A stretch of DNA of 64,000 bases from Ignavibacteriota bacterium (GTDB lineage Bacteria; Bacteroidota; Ignavibacteria; UBA10030). Numbering within the stretch: position 1 is the first letter of the stretch; every line of letters starts with the position of its first letter. A program made the position numbers and the translations under genes. The stretch covers positions 1 through 64,000 of the forward strand of contig CAVSHO010000013.1 in assembly GCA_963727825.1 (NCBI GenBank), in the 5' to 3' direction. Under the pieces are notes generated by a model. That model saw only the letters and a program-made list of their open reading frames with translations, was not told where the DNA came from and ran no database searches. Below are positions 10,934 to 21,700 of this stretch, one piece after another.

Positions 10934-13900
10934 TTACCTCATAAATTGCCGCGGCATGATATCATTCAATTCAAATCCGAATAAGACGCCTAAATAGAAA
11001 CGCCATTCATGCCCGTATTGGACAGTGGTCGTATTTATATCCTGTACATCCCTGGAAAACCGATCTAAACCATAAGCACCTGAAAAAAAGATGCGTGTTG
11101 GATATTCATAGAAAGAAAATGTCTCAAGTCGAAGTTCAAATCCTACATCCTGTTTCCAAAAATTATCAGATGCCAACTCACGAGGCCATGCATTTCCTAT
11201 ATCATAAAATACTGAACCGTATAGCTTAGAAAAATAAATTTGAAGCACCCTGAAATCTAAATTTGGCGCTATCGGGAATCTATAAGTCGTATTAAGTGAA
11301 ATTGTTTTATTCCCTCCGAGCGCATAAAACGAATAACCCCGCATTCCAATAAAGCCGCCTGCATAATAATCGAAAAACTCGTCAATAGTCGGTCCAAGTA
11401 TACCGGAAGCATTCAATGTGAATGAAAGCGTATGCCGCGGGAATGGCAGAGCTATGTGTTCATTCCATGCCAGCTCAAGTCTCGAAAAATTGTACTTTGT
11501 GTAGATAGGAACGCGAAACCCGCTGTCTGTTGAGCTCGAATCTGTTGGATTAAATTTGTCCATCTCATAGGAATACTTCAATGAAAATGATCTTCCGACT
11601 GGATTGATCTCTCTATCCAATGTGTGCAAAATACCATCATATTTCATCTCAGCTGAAAGTGCATTACCAATAAAGTAAGTTGATGATGTGGCGGGAACTA
11701 CTTGATTATATATATCATCGGGAGGAGGATACTGAAGAATCCAGCTTCCAAAATCCTGACCATATCGGCTTAATGAATAATTTAATTTCAAATTATAGTT
11801 TTCAGAAAATATTTTTTGATTAAGCGAAAAATCAAATTCTAAAAGATTATAAGTTATCTCCGCTCCAAAAACTAACGGTGAATAATATGGAAGCTCAAAA
11901 GATACGTCGCGTTTACGTGTAATATTGTAAAGTTCCAACGTAGCTGTCGGTTCTAAGCCCAATTGATATAGAATGGGCAACCGGTCACTATAGTCGATTA
12001 TAAGAAAAAGATCACGTTCTAATTTTCTATTGATATCTGCCCCGCCGAATATATCCATTTTATTAAGTACATCAAATGAAGTCATATATAATCCCAGCTT
12101 CACATAATCAAGCCCACTGCTGTTTTGATTGTAGGTATCGATGCGAAGCAATGGAATAAATGAAGTGCTGGTGAAAACCGAGCGATATGGCCTCGCTTGA
12201 AGTAAAGTTGTGTCATTATAAATATATTTTCCGTTTTCTGGCTGTAAAGAGTGCTCCCACGCTTTAGCTTCAATAAAACCACTGTAAAGATTCGATGGAT
12301 TTATCTTTGTTTGCATTGAATCTTTTTCTGAAATCAATGGTAACGGAACATTAATTGAATCTTTACTCAAGAGAGCTATTTTATATCCGGTTGACGTATA
12401 TGCAGCATAAGCAACATCACCTTTGCCATTAACTGTAGGAAGGAATGCGCTGCCGAGGACATTTGTTATCTGCCATTCTTCATAAGTATGAAGATTGAGC
12501 GAATAGATATTATAGATTCCGCCTCTATCCCAAGAATAGTAAAGCGTTGAATCTGAAGAGAAGAATGGGTTGCGGCAATCTCCAGCATCGTTGGAGCATT
12601 TGGAAATTATTGCCATTAGTATCAACGAGTGCTATTGATTGATTCTGTGCAATCGAATATCCAAATGCAATTTTCTTTCCATCCGGTGACCATACAGGAG
12701 TGTACACCTGTTCTCCATTCTGGAATTTGGTCAATTGCACTCTGCCGCTTCCATCTGCATTGCAGACACCCAAATTTAACGTTCCATCACTCCCGAAAGT
12801 ATAGACAATCCTCTTTCCATCCGATGAAACTTTTGGATTAAACGCACGAAGTCCATGCGTCAATCGTTCTTCCTCCTCTGTCGATAGATTGAATCGATAC
12901 AAATCGCTGTAGCCTGACCAGTGTGGATTATCACGAGTGACTTTTGCATAATATATGTATTTGCAATCAGGAGAGAATGACAAAGATGAGCGAACGAGAG
13001 ATGAGAGTCTTTCCGGCAAGATCAATTTTGATTTTTTTGTGGCACGGTCATAAACATAAATACTACTGGCCCAATGATCTGTGCCTTTATTAGAAATGTA
13101 AGCAATTTGCGAACCATCCGGCGAAAATACAGGATAGAAATTTCCAAATCCTTCCTTCTCAATAATCTCTCCATCTTTGCGCATTGGTTTTAAAGAATCT
13201 TCAAGCTGCTTGTATGCCTTTGTCTTTTCTGCCTTCCATTCATTGTAAAGTTGTTCGCCCGTTATTCCTAATGTTGCTTCAATAGCACCATCTATTGTAA
13301 GTCTGAATGGCTTTGAAAGTTGTCTAGATATTGCTTGAAGTTTATCAACTCCGTATTTCTTCCCGATATATCCAACAAGAGAGAATCCTGAATTGTACAC
13401 AGATTCATTTCCAAGACTATTTTTACCGAAGAACGCCATCTCGTTCCAAGAGAGCGGGTTTCCATCAACCATGTACATTCGCAAAATCATATCACGGTGA
13501 GAATCCCAGTTATCATATCCCTGTATTGGATTGTTATATTGTGCAACACCTTCAGCAAACCATGGCGGAATAAGACTTCCGGCAATCGGATAAGATACTA
13601 TTACATTTGGGTAGCCATAAAGCACGTCCGGGCGGCTTTCTTTTTCATATCCGAGCCATTGAAAATAAATTCCTGGTACTCTTCTGCCAAATTTCATTGT
13701 AGTTTGAATTTGCACGAGATGCGTAAACTCGTGCGTTACCACCATCCACAGCCAGGGATGAGTTCCTCGCAATTCAAAATCTAAAGCGGGAGCGTAAATT
13801 ACAATAAAATTATCATAGGAATCAGTGCCTCCGTTCGAGTAATCATCGTGATCACGAATAACAATATTCACTTTCTGATCCGGTTCGTGGCTGTACATAG

Positions 13901-14096
13901 TTGTAATCGGATCATAAATATTTTCAGCTATCTTTGCTACTTCGTGCCCTGTACGTTCCGCACCATTATGGAAATGAACGAGAAAATGTTTCGTTTCTAT
14001 TGTTTTCCAATCTAATTCTGTATGATTGAAATCCTCCTGGCTGACAGCTATAGAAGAAGTCACAAAAATAAGTATCAAAAATAAAACTTGCTTCAA
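10934..14096 (-). CDS. Zincin-like peptidase + TolB/PD40 beta-propeller + C-terminal Omp85/BamA-like barrel (one frameshift near 12590)
   Basis: HEFTH..WFAEGVAQ metallopeptidase motif; repeated P.FSPDG / P.WSPDG blades; C-terminal GG...MRGY loop and VFYDIGNAW..DVGFELR barrel strands. Confidence 0.75.
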
Positions 14097-14150
14097 GCTC
14101 CCTCTCTTATAAATATTCTTACAAAAATATTAAGTCTATGAAAACGTAAT

Positions 14151-17100
14151 TTACTTTACCACTGCTATTTTAATAAACACTACACTGCTATTATTCGCGC
14201 CGCGTGCTTCAACACGAGCAAGATAGACACCGCTTTGTATATTCGAGACATTCCATGTTACCTCATTATCCATTCCTGCTGTTCCTCGTCCAGACAATTC
14301 TGTTATCTTCATACCAGAAAGGTCAAGAATAGTGATCGTAACATTTGCATTCTCACTTGTAAAGTACCGAATTTGGGTTGACTGGCCATAAACAGGATTC
14401 GGCCAATTATATACGCGTGATTTCGGAAAGAATTCTGTGCTAATCGGAATAATTTGTGGAGTTACGCTCACATCAACATTACTGTGCCGTTCATCGCCTA
14501 AATGCTGCCACCACGTTAATGAGCCTGACGTTACCGAGCTCGAAGTAAGGAATGCATCTAATGAACCGCTATCTGAAAGAACGGCTATGCCCAATTTATT
14601 AGATGGACTCGTATATGCTACAGAAAATGCATTTCCCGAAGAAGTTACCTGCACCGGAAAGCCCGAAAGCAATTTTCCGTTTTTATCATACACCCATATT
14701 TCACCATCATTCGTTAGGAGAACAATTTCAGGTTTAGCATCCCCGTTAAAATCCAATACAAGCGGCGTTCCAGTAAACTCCAAGCCAGTTCGCGCTTGTA
14801 TTGGAAAACCATCGAGCATGAAACCGTTACGATTAACGACTGAAAGAGAATTTACAGATTGGATAAGTACATCCTTTTCTCCATCACCATCAATATCGGC
14901 AACGGCAAGCTCGCTAATTATAGAACCTGGAACGGTGATCTCATAATTCTTTTGAGTTAATGATTGATTATAAGAAATTACTCTGCTTCCGTTTTTTTCT
15001 GCAGAGATTATATAATTTCCTTTTGGCGATACTGCTGCCGCAAGTATCCAGCACTTTGATGTTACCGGCAAATCTACAGTCGAAGACTGACCGTAAATTC
15101 TATTGCCTGATGTAAAAAAATATTCATTTGACTTTGCTGATGAAGCTGTAGGCAGTAATGTGATTGACCTTACTGAATCGGTTCCAACTGAACGGTTAGA
15201 AATTATGTCGCCATTTGTGTTAAACTGATATATTGTCCCTCCATCCGCACCAACAAGCAGAGATAATGAATCCAATTGTGCGAAACAGGGAGAAGTTGTG
15301 AAGCGATGAGTGTACGTTTTCTTGGAACTGTCAACTGAATTATAACCGCTGTGAAATGAAAGCTTAAAGATTCTCAAAACGCTATCTTGCACGCTCGCGA
15401 CTATTTCGGTCGAATCAGGTAACACATTTACGGCAACGCCGTTGGCAGCTGTAGTAGCAGATAGGAGATTTGTTGTATTACCTAATAAGCTTTGTCCATT
15501 GTTTTGAAGCGAATAAATTCCATTGCTTGTTGGAAGATAGAGATGATTTTTCGTTGACGTTGGAAATACGTTTACACTTGTGTTTTTAAATGCACGGTGC
15601 ATCAAAGAATCTCGTTGAAGTATTTGGTTCCCAATTTCTACTGTCAGTGTCATACGAGGCGATCTTGCGCTAAAATTCTTAATCGTAACTAAACTTGCAG
15701 CGCCGGAGAAGCTGTTGCTATTCGGAAACGAATTCTGATCGAAGATATTTTTATATAGTGGTGCTGAATTACCACTAAACCAGCAATCAAGCGGGCTTCC
15801 ATTTTGTGTCCCATAGCCAGGATCCGACATAGCTACATAGTCTTGACCAATATCTTGTGAACCATCCGCTTCTTCCAAACTAACACCACGATGATCCAGA
15901 TTCGCATTGACAGAGTTTGTGCTCAATCCCGCCTGAATTACATTCTCATCAATATGCCAAATAAGAATTCCGCCGCCGTCGTACAGATGCGTCGTATCCA
16001 TTAATCCAGGCAATGCCCAATCAAAATTGCTCACATCTATAACCGAACCACTGATTCCGCTCACATTATAATAACAAAAACTAGCTATATCCTGATCGAA
16101 GTGTCGCCAGCTTGTATCTCCTTTTGCACTCGCAATTTTTATATCTAAACCGGTCCCTCTAGGATTTCTATTTCTGTTCTCTATAAGAAAATATTCTGAA
16201 GAAGTTATTGGAATTTTATAAACTGTGTCTTGCTTCATAGAATATTTTAATCCAACAGCTGGCACGGAAAGATTTATTGTCTGGTTTCCAATTGTAATTG
16301 GTGTAAGCCATCCCAAATATATTTTTTCCCAAGCGCATGGTTCTGGTGGAAAAAGTCCATTGTAGGCAAAGATTGCCGCGCCGTCCATTAATCCAAACTG
16401 TCCAATGCCCGACGTTCCTGTTTTTGTATCGAACAAATCCGGCAGCCCTAAATAACTTCCTAAGGATGCGGCAAACATGCCATTGATACTGAATTGATAT
16501 GTCTGGGTGCCTGAATTCGTTGGAAGATCGCGCGACTCAGTCTCTGGCAGAATGATTGTGTTTTTGATGAAACCATTCTCGAAGCCCTGAAAAGATGATT
16601 GTCCCAGTGCGACTGCAAATGCGGTTGAATCAAGATACAACGAAGGTATATCATACGGAGTAGGATTGTATCCTATAGAACCCACCAAATCAAGATCACG
16701 CCCTGTTCCCGCATGGAAAATGACAAATGCATCGTAATTCTGAAAATTGATTTCTGGATATAACGAATCTGCAATCTGCCAGCTCTCTCTTGCGAGATCA
16801 GCGAGTTTACTGTTGTCATCCGAATTTGTCGGCGGAGAATAGGATTTCATCTGTTTCGAAAGTGTAATTCGCTTGCTATCGCCATACACCGCGCCTGTGA
16901 TGGTAAGCTTTCCATTTGAAACTTTATGGAAATAATTTTCAACAAATTGAATTTTATTGTTAAAGTACAACGAATCATGCGGTGGTGGATCGATCAGCGT
17001 ATCTGTAGCTGTAGTTGAAATCTCTTGGAGTTTTCCATTCCCGGTTGTCTGATCATCAGCGTCAGTCTGAAATTCTACCATGATGGCAAGAATGCGAACT

Positions 17101-17243
17101 GTATCCCGCATTGTCATAATATTTGATTGCGAACCAGCGTAATTTTTAATTTTTCTAATCGCTTGTGGAAAGCCGTTTCGCTGTTGCGCAAATAATAAAT
17201 TGCTAATAAGGAGCAATATAAAAATTGCCCATGCTCGTGTCAC
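14151..17243 (-). CDS. M6 (immune inhibitor A)-like metalloprotease homologue lacking HExxH, with FG-GAP/VCBS repeats and T9SS CTD
   Basis: M6 signatures ILAIMVEF, IFHAG.G, LGLPDLFD, GIGQFGLM, P.EPCAWEK..LGW, YFLIENR and GILIWHIDE; ADIDGDGEKD and DFNGDAKPE repeats; YNWPNP..SGVYL CTD. Confidence 0.8.
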   Translation of the reverse strand: MTRAWAIFILLLISNLLFAQQRNGFPQAIRKIKNYAGSQSNIMTMRDTVRILAIMVEFQTDADDQTTGNGKLQEISTTATDTLIDPPPHDSLYFNNKIQFVENYFHKVSNGKLTITGAVYGDSKRITLSKQMKSYSPPTNSDDNSKLADLARESWQIADSLYPEINFQNYDAFVIFHAGTGRDLDLVGSIGYNPTPYDIPSLYLDSTAFAVALGQSSFQGFENGFIKNTIILPETESRDLPTNSGTQTYQFSINGMFAASLGSYLGLPDLFDTKTGTSGIGQFGLMDGAAIFAYNGLFPPEPCAWEKIYLGWLTPITIGNQTINLSVPAVGLKYSMKQDTVYKIPITSSEYFLIENRNRNPRGTGLDIKIASAKGDTSWRHFDQDIASFCYYNVSGISGSVIDVSNFDWALPGLMDTTHLYDGGGILIWHIDENVIQAGLSTNSVNANLDHRGVSLEEADGSQDIGQDYVAMSDPGYGTQNGSPLDCWFSGNSAPLYKNIFDQNSFPNSNSFSGAASLVTIKNFSARSPRMTLTVEIGNQILQRDSLMHRAFKNTSVNVFPTSTKNHLYLPTSNGIYSLQNNGQSLLGNTTNLLSATTAANGVAVNVLPDSTEIVASVQDSVLRIFKLSFHSGYNSVDSSKKTYTHRFTTSPCFAQLDSLSLLVGADGGTIYQFNTNGDIISNRSVGTDSVRSITLLPTASSAKSNEYFFTSGNRIYGQSSTVDLPVTSKCWILAAAVSPKGNYIISAEKNGSRVISYNQSLTQKNYEITVPGSIISELAVADIDGDGEKDVLIQSVNSLSVVNRNGFMLDGFPIQARTGLEFTGTPLVLDFNGDAKPEIVLLTNDGEIWVYDKNGKLLSGFPVQVTSSGNAFSVAYTSPSNKLGIAVLSDSGSLDAFLTSSSVTSGSLTWWQHLGDERHSNVDVSVTPQIIPISTEFFPKSRVYNWPNPVYGQSTQIRYFTSENANVTITILDLSGMKITELSGRGTAGMDNEVTWNVSNIQSGVYLARVEARGANNSSVVFIKIAVVK

Positions 17244-17498
17244 AAGAACTCCAATCCTTATTTGTAATTCTTCATCTTGTTATCCAACGATCTGATAAAG
17301 AGCACAATAAAATATTTGGATGATAAAGCCATGCCATATGCAGAACAATGAATATCGTTTTGAATTTGATGGTTATATAATATTTAGATTTTCTCTGAAA
17401 ACCTTGTGGCTAATTTCTATAGCATTCATTTGCCCTCAACAACTCTCGATAAATGCTAAGCAGCTTTCTGCCAAAAAATAGACACATCCAAGAAATTC

Positions 17499-18614
17499 TT
17501 AATTCACATCACCACCCCAGCCAATTGAGAGTGACAGACGCAGCGTTCCGTCTAGAGGATTTTGACCATCTATAGCGCTAAGGTACCCAAAATCGAATCC
17601 ATAGATATCGTATCGAAGACCGGCACCGAATTCCATAAACTTGCGATTCCCTTCTCTCGGGTCCTCATAAAAATATCCAGCACGCAATCCAATTAGCTTC
17701 GGTGAGCCGTACCAATATTCCAATCCTAATGCAGAATCGAATCTGCGTATTTGTTCGCTTATATTTCCGTTTGACCAAGTAGTAAAGAACGCTTTGTAGA
17801 ATTCATCAGATGAAGTTCCATTACGAGTCACCAGTAATCGATTTACTTCTACAGTTGCATTTATATTATTGTAGTCACTTTCTAGAACTTTGTACGCAAT
17901 ACCAAGACGAAGATTCATTGGTAAAGGGTCTGCTTGTGCTTTGTCGATATATGACATTTTAGGACCGATATTAGCAATATTCATGCCAAAACTAATGTCC
18001 TTACCAAGATCAACACCTGTTAAAGGAATACGCATTACAATCGGGCGATACATTAATCCAATATCGAAACAAAATCCAGTTGCAGTACCGCTTCCTTGTT
18101 CTTGCCCGGCTCCTTGATTTGCAAGATGAGAATAGATAATTCTTGCACTTGTGCCAATTCCCAACTCGTCGGCGAGCTTTGTGCTGTATGTGGCGGCAAC
18201 AGCCATCTCATATCCGTTAAAAGTTCCGATCACATCTGGTGAATCACTTGTTCTATTAAACTCACCAAGATTTTCATAAGTCAATTGAAAAGCTATTATT
18301 CCATCTAAATATTCCACAGGTTGCTTGTAGGCAAGATGAGCAAGCCAGAGATCCGATAATCCTAAACCCGGAAGCCAATTTGTGTGTGTCATTGCCAGTT
18401 CAGAGCCTTTTTGGAATGCAAGTCCGGCAGGATTCCAAAATGTAGCCCAAACATTATCAGCTAACGCCACACCGGTCTCCCCCATTCCGCTTGCTCTCGA
18501 ATCTGGTACGATTAGCAAAAACGGTACTGCTGTCGTTATTGCACTCTGTGCCAGCACTGTTTTTATAGCACAAATTCCTAATACGGTTATTACTAAAATC
18601 ATTTTTTTTATCAT
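17499..18614 (-). CDS. porV: T9SS outer-membrane shuttle PorV
   Basis: N-terminal ITTAVPFLLIVPDSRASGMGE..ATFWNPAGLAF, LPMNLRLG and GLEYWY..GLRAGYFYE. Immediately downstream of porU, with a GGAGG SD. Confidence 0.9.
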   Translation of the reverse strand: MIKKMILVITVLGICAIKTVLAQSAITTAVPFLLIVPDSRASGMGETGVALADNVWATFWNPAGLAFQKGSELAMTHTNWLPGLGLSDLWLAHLAYKQPVEYLDGIIAFQLTYENLGEFNRTSDSPDVIGTFNGYEMAVAATYSTKLADELGIGTSARIIYSHLANQGAGQEQGSGTATGFCFDIGLMYRPIVMRIPLTGVDLGKDISFGMNIANIGPKMSYIDKAQADPLPMNLRLGIAYKVLESDYNNINATVEVNRLLVTRNGTSSDEFYKAFFTTWSNGNISEQIRRFDSALGLEYWYGSPKLIGLRAGYFYEDPREGNRKFMEFGAGLRYDIYGFDFGYLSAIDGQNPLDGTLRLSLSIGWGGDVN

Positions 18615-18744
18615 AATATGTAACCCTCCTAACAATGATGAATGCTAATATAGTTACTAATCAGCGTTAAAAATATGTATGGACACAATATCTATATGCA
18701 ATGTTTTTCTAATAATACATTTTATAGAACTTGCTAATTATTGA

Positions 18745-21700
18745 TCAACGCATTACAGCAAGCTTACCGATCGTTTCGTTTGAGCGCTGACTATTTTTGT
18801 CGCGTACAACTAATTTATAGAAGTAGACACCATTTGCAAGCGTGTTTCCATCGTTATCTTTTCCATCCCATGGTATCCTCACAGAGCTTTCTGCAATATT
18901 TTGGTGATCGATATTTGCAATTAAACGTCCTGCAACTGAATAAATTTTAATTTGTACATCTATCGGATCATATGAAGTGCGTTCGAATGTGAAAGTTGTC
19001 GCATTTGAGAAAGGATTTGGATAATTCACGACATTGAACATTGCAAAATCGTCAGCGGAGTGCACTTCAAAATAGGTTTCGGCGGTTGATGAATTATTCT
19101 GGATATCCCATGCTTTCACGCTCAACGTATATTTCCCATCGCTAAGATTAGATAATGGATAATCTACTTCTCCTTTTTTATAGTTATCAAGACTGCTGTG
19201 ATAATAACTGGAAAGATCGAATGTCTGTACCGGGTTATTGATGGTTGCCGATAACTGATGTCCTACGCCAACAGTCGACGTATTAATACCGCTTTCATCT
19301 TCAAGCTTTACAATAATAGTCGGATTACTCTTGACAACATCGCCCGGACGAAATGCTATGGTATCGAGATAGAGCGTTATCACCGGTCCCACTGTGTCTC
19401 TGGCTGTTGTAGTATCTATGCCATTAATCATTACGTTTTCTATGCTACCCGATGCGTCCGATTGACCGCTCCAAGCGTACATTGAAATTCGTGCATTTTT
19501 TCCTATTGTAACATCTTTGGGAACAGGAACAATCGCTGTATAATGTCCGTTGGTAATAGATACATCACCACAGTATAACGAGCTGCCGGTTAATTTAAAT
19601 ATGAATGTTCCAATTCCTTGCACGATGGAATCAATTCTTTGCGAATCAAACAGTTGGAGTGTGCCTTCGCCGGTAAACGAGGATATCAGTGTATTATTTT
19701 GTTTTACAGTACCTGCAATACGTGCAAGTCCTAATGATTTTATCTGGATAGTATCATTGCCTAATACACCACTGCCATTTATACTATCGACCGCAGCATT
19801 ATTTTTTGGCATCAATAGGCGAACAGTAGGATCACCAAATAGATGAAATTTTTGGGTATTCAATTGGTCCGCATTAATAGATTTTGCAAAAAGGCACGCA
19901 TCACCTATTCTCGGAAACTGATTATCAGAATCTTTTTGTAAGAGATAATTAAACAAGGATTCATCCAGCGCAAAATTTGGAGGATCATAGACTACGCGGG
20001 CTGGAGAAAAATCAGCGATAGAACCGCCTTGTTCCATCGTGACCAATTGTTCTCCCGAGCTGACTTCAGTTGGATTATCATAACAACCGTACCTGCATGT
20101 CGCCGTTATGGTAAATGTCAATCTATTTTTATTTGAGAGCTGCGGCAGATCGACTGCTTGTGTAAAGACATCTTCATGCGCCCACAGGAATTCATTACCA
20201 TGTCCAATATAATTAGTAATAATCGTTCCCGAATTAATCGCGTTAACAATTGCCTTATTTACATCCGGCTTCCTGCGGCCTCCTGCGCTGTTCACGGTTG
20301 GATATGCAATTTCATAAATTTTGTTTTCTTCATAATTCACAAGCGCACTTGTCCCAGCTATTTCTTCCGAATGGTCAGTGTATACTGAACCATCATCTGA
20401 CGTCGAAGTCAATCCATCATCTGAAACAAATGTAATCTTATTTCGCCATGGATCTAAAGGAGAATTTGTTTCATAAGAAATGACTTTATCTACCATACTA
20501 GCAGCATCTTTGAGACTGCGTACTGGAAGTCGTCCGATTGCAAGTGCATAGGAATTTGAATATCCAAGCATAACGAATTGATCATCGCATGGGTATGAAT
20601 CAACTGTTTCAAAAGATTCTTCCGTTTCGTAGGGCGGCATCCAGTTACTTTGTGTTGTGCTAATATTTTTATAATCAAAATGTCCGGAACCGAACAACAA
20701 AACATATCGCGGTTTTGGATCTGCCCAATTGTTTTGAGTGTAATTTATGAATTCCCTTATTGACAATGGATCTGGAAGACCGCCGGAAAATTCATTATAG
20801 ATTTGATGAATGTCCACCACTAATGTATTTAGACTATCATTTAATTTACGATAATCTCTTAATCTGTTTGCTTCGGATATAAATTCGGTTGGAGAAATAA
20901 TAATGAAATCAATCTGATCTTGAACATCGTGAAGATTATTGGGAGTAAATTTCGCGACCTTTGTCGCTGTTGTGGGAGTCAAATAGCCATTCTTACCAAT
21001 TACTGCGATCTCACGTACGTTTCCAGGAATCTGTTGAAGTTGAAATGTGCAAGAAGAACCCGTCTGATTGAATTTTATTTGTTTCACATCATTATGATCT
21101 GTTACATCGAAAGCGCGGACTTCTGACGAAAGATTACTTACACTGTATTGAATTAACCCTGAAGTGTCTGCTGTTGTGAATAAAAGCGCATCGTTCAAAG
21201 CTTCAAAATACCGCTGATAATAAATTTCTAACCAATCTAACCAAGTTTCTGAAGCTTGATTTGTGGTTACCACCTGAATTTTAACTATACTCGAATTTGG
21301 ATTAATCGGCACTCCTCCTGTCGCAGTAACCGGTAGATCCTCCGCATACGGGGTGGTTTCACCGTCTCCCAATTCCCCGCTTATTATAGGTGCTGCCCAC
21401 ATTGATATTTGTTGAATAAGGTTACCACTCTCATATATATTCAATAAATCGGTGGATGCAGAGCGGCGAATGAAGTTAAATGCATAATTGATTTGTGAAT
21501 TTGAGACTATACCTGGAAGTGAATTGTAATACGTGTCGGTAGTATCAGTTCCTGAAAATTCCTTTCCTGCCCATCTTCTACCTGAGCTTAAAAGATTATA
21601 TATTTCTTTCTTAAAAAATATTTTTTCCTGAAAATATTGCTTTGATGTCGAAGTCGGATTTGGAGAGATAATTGAATCCATCTGCTCGCCTGTTCCCTGG

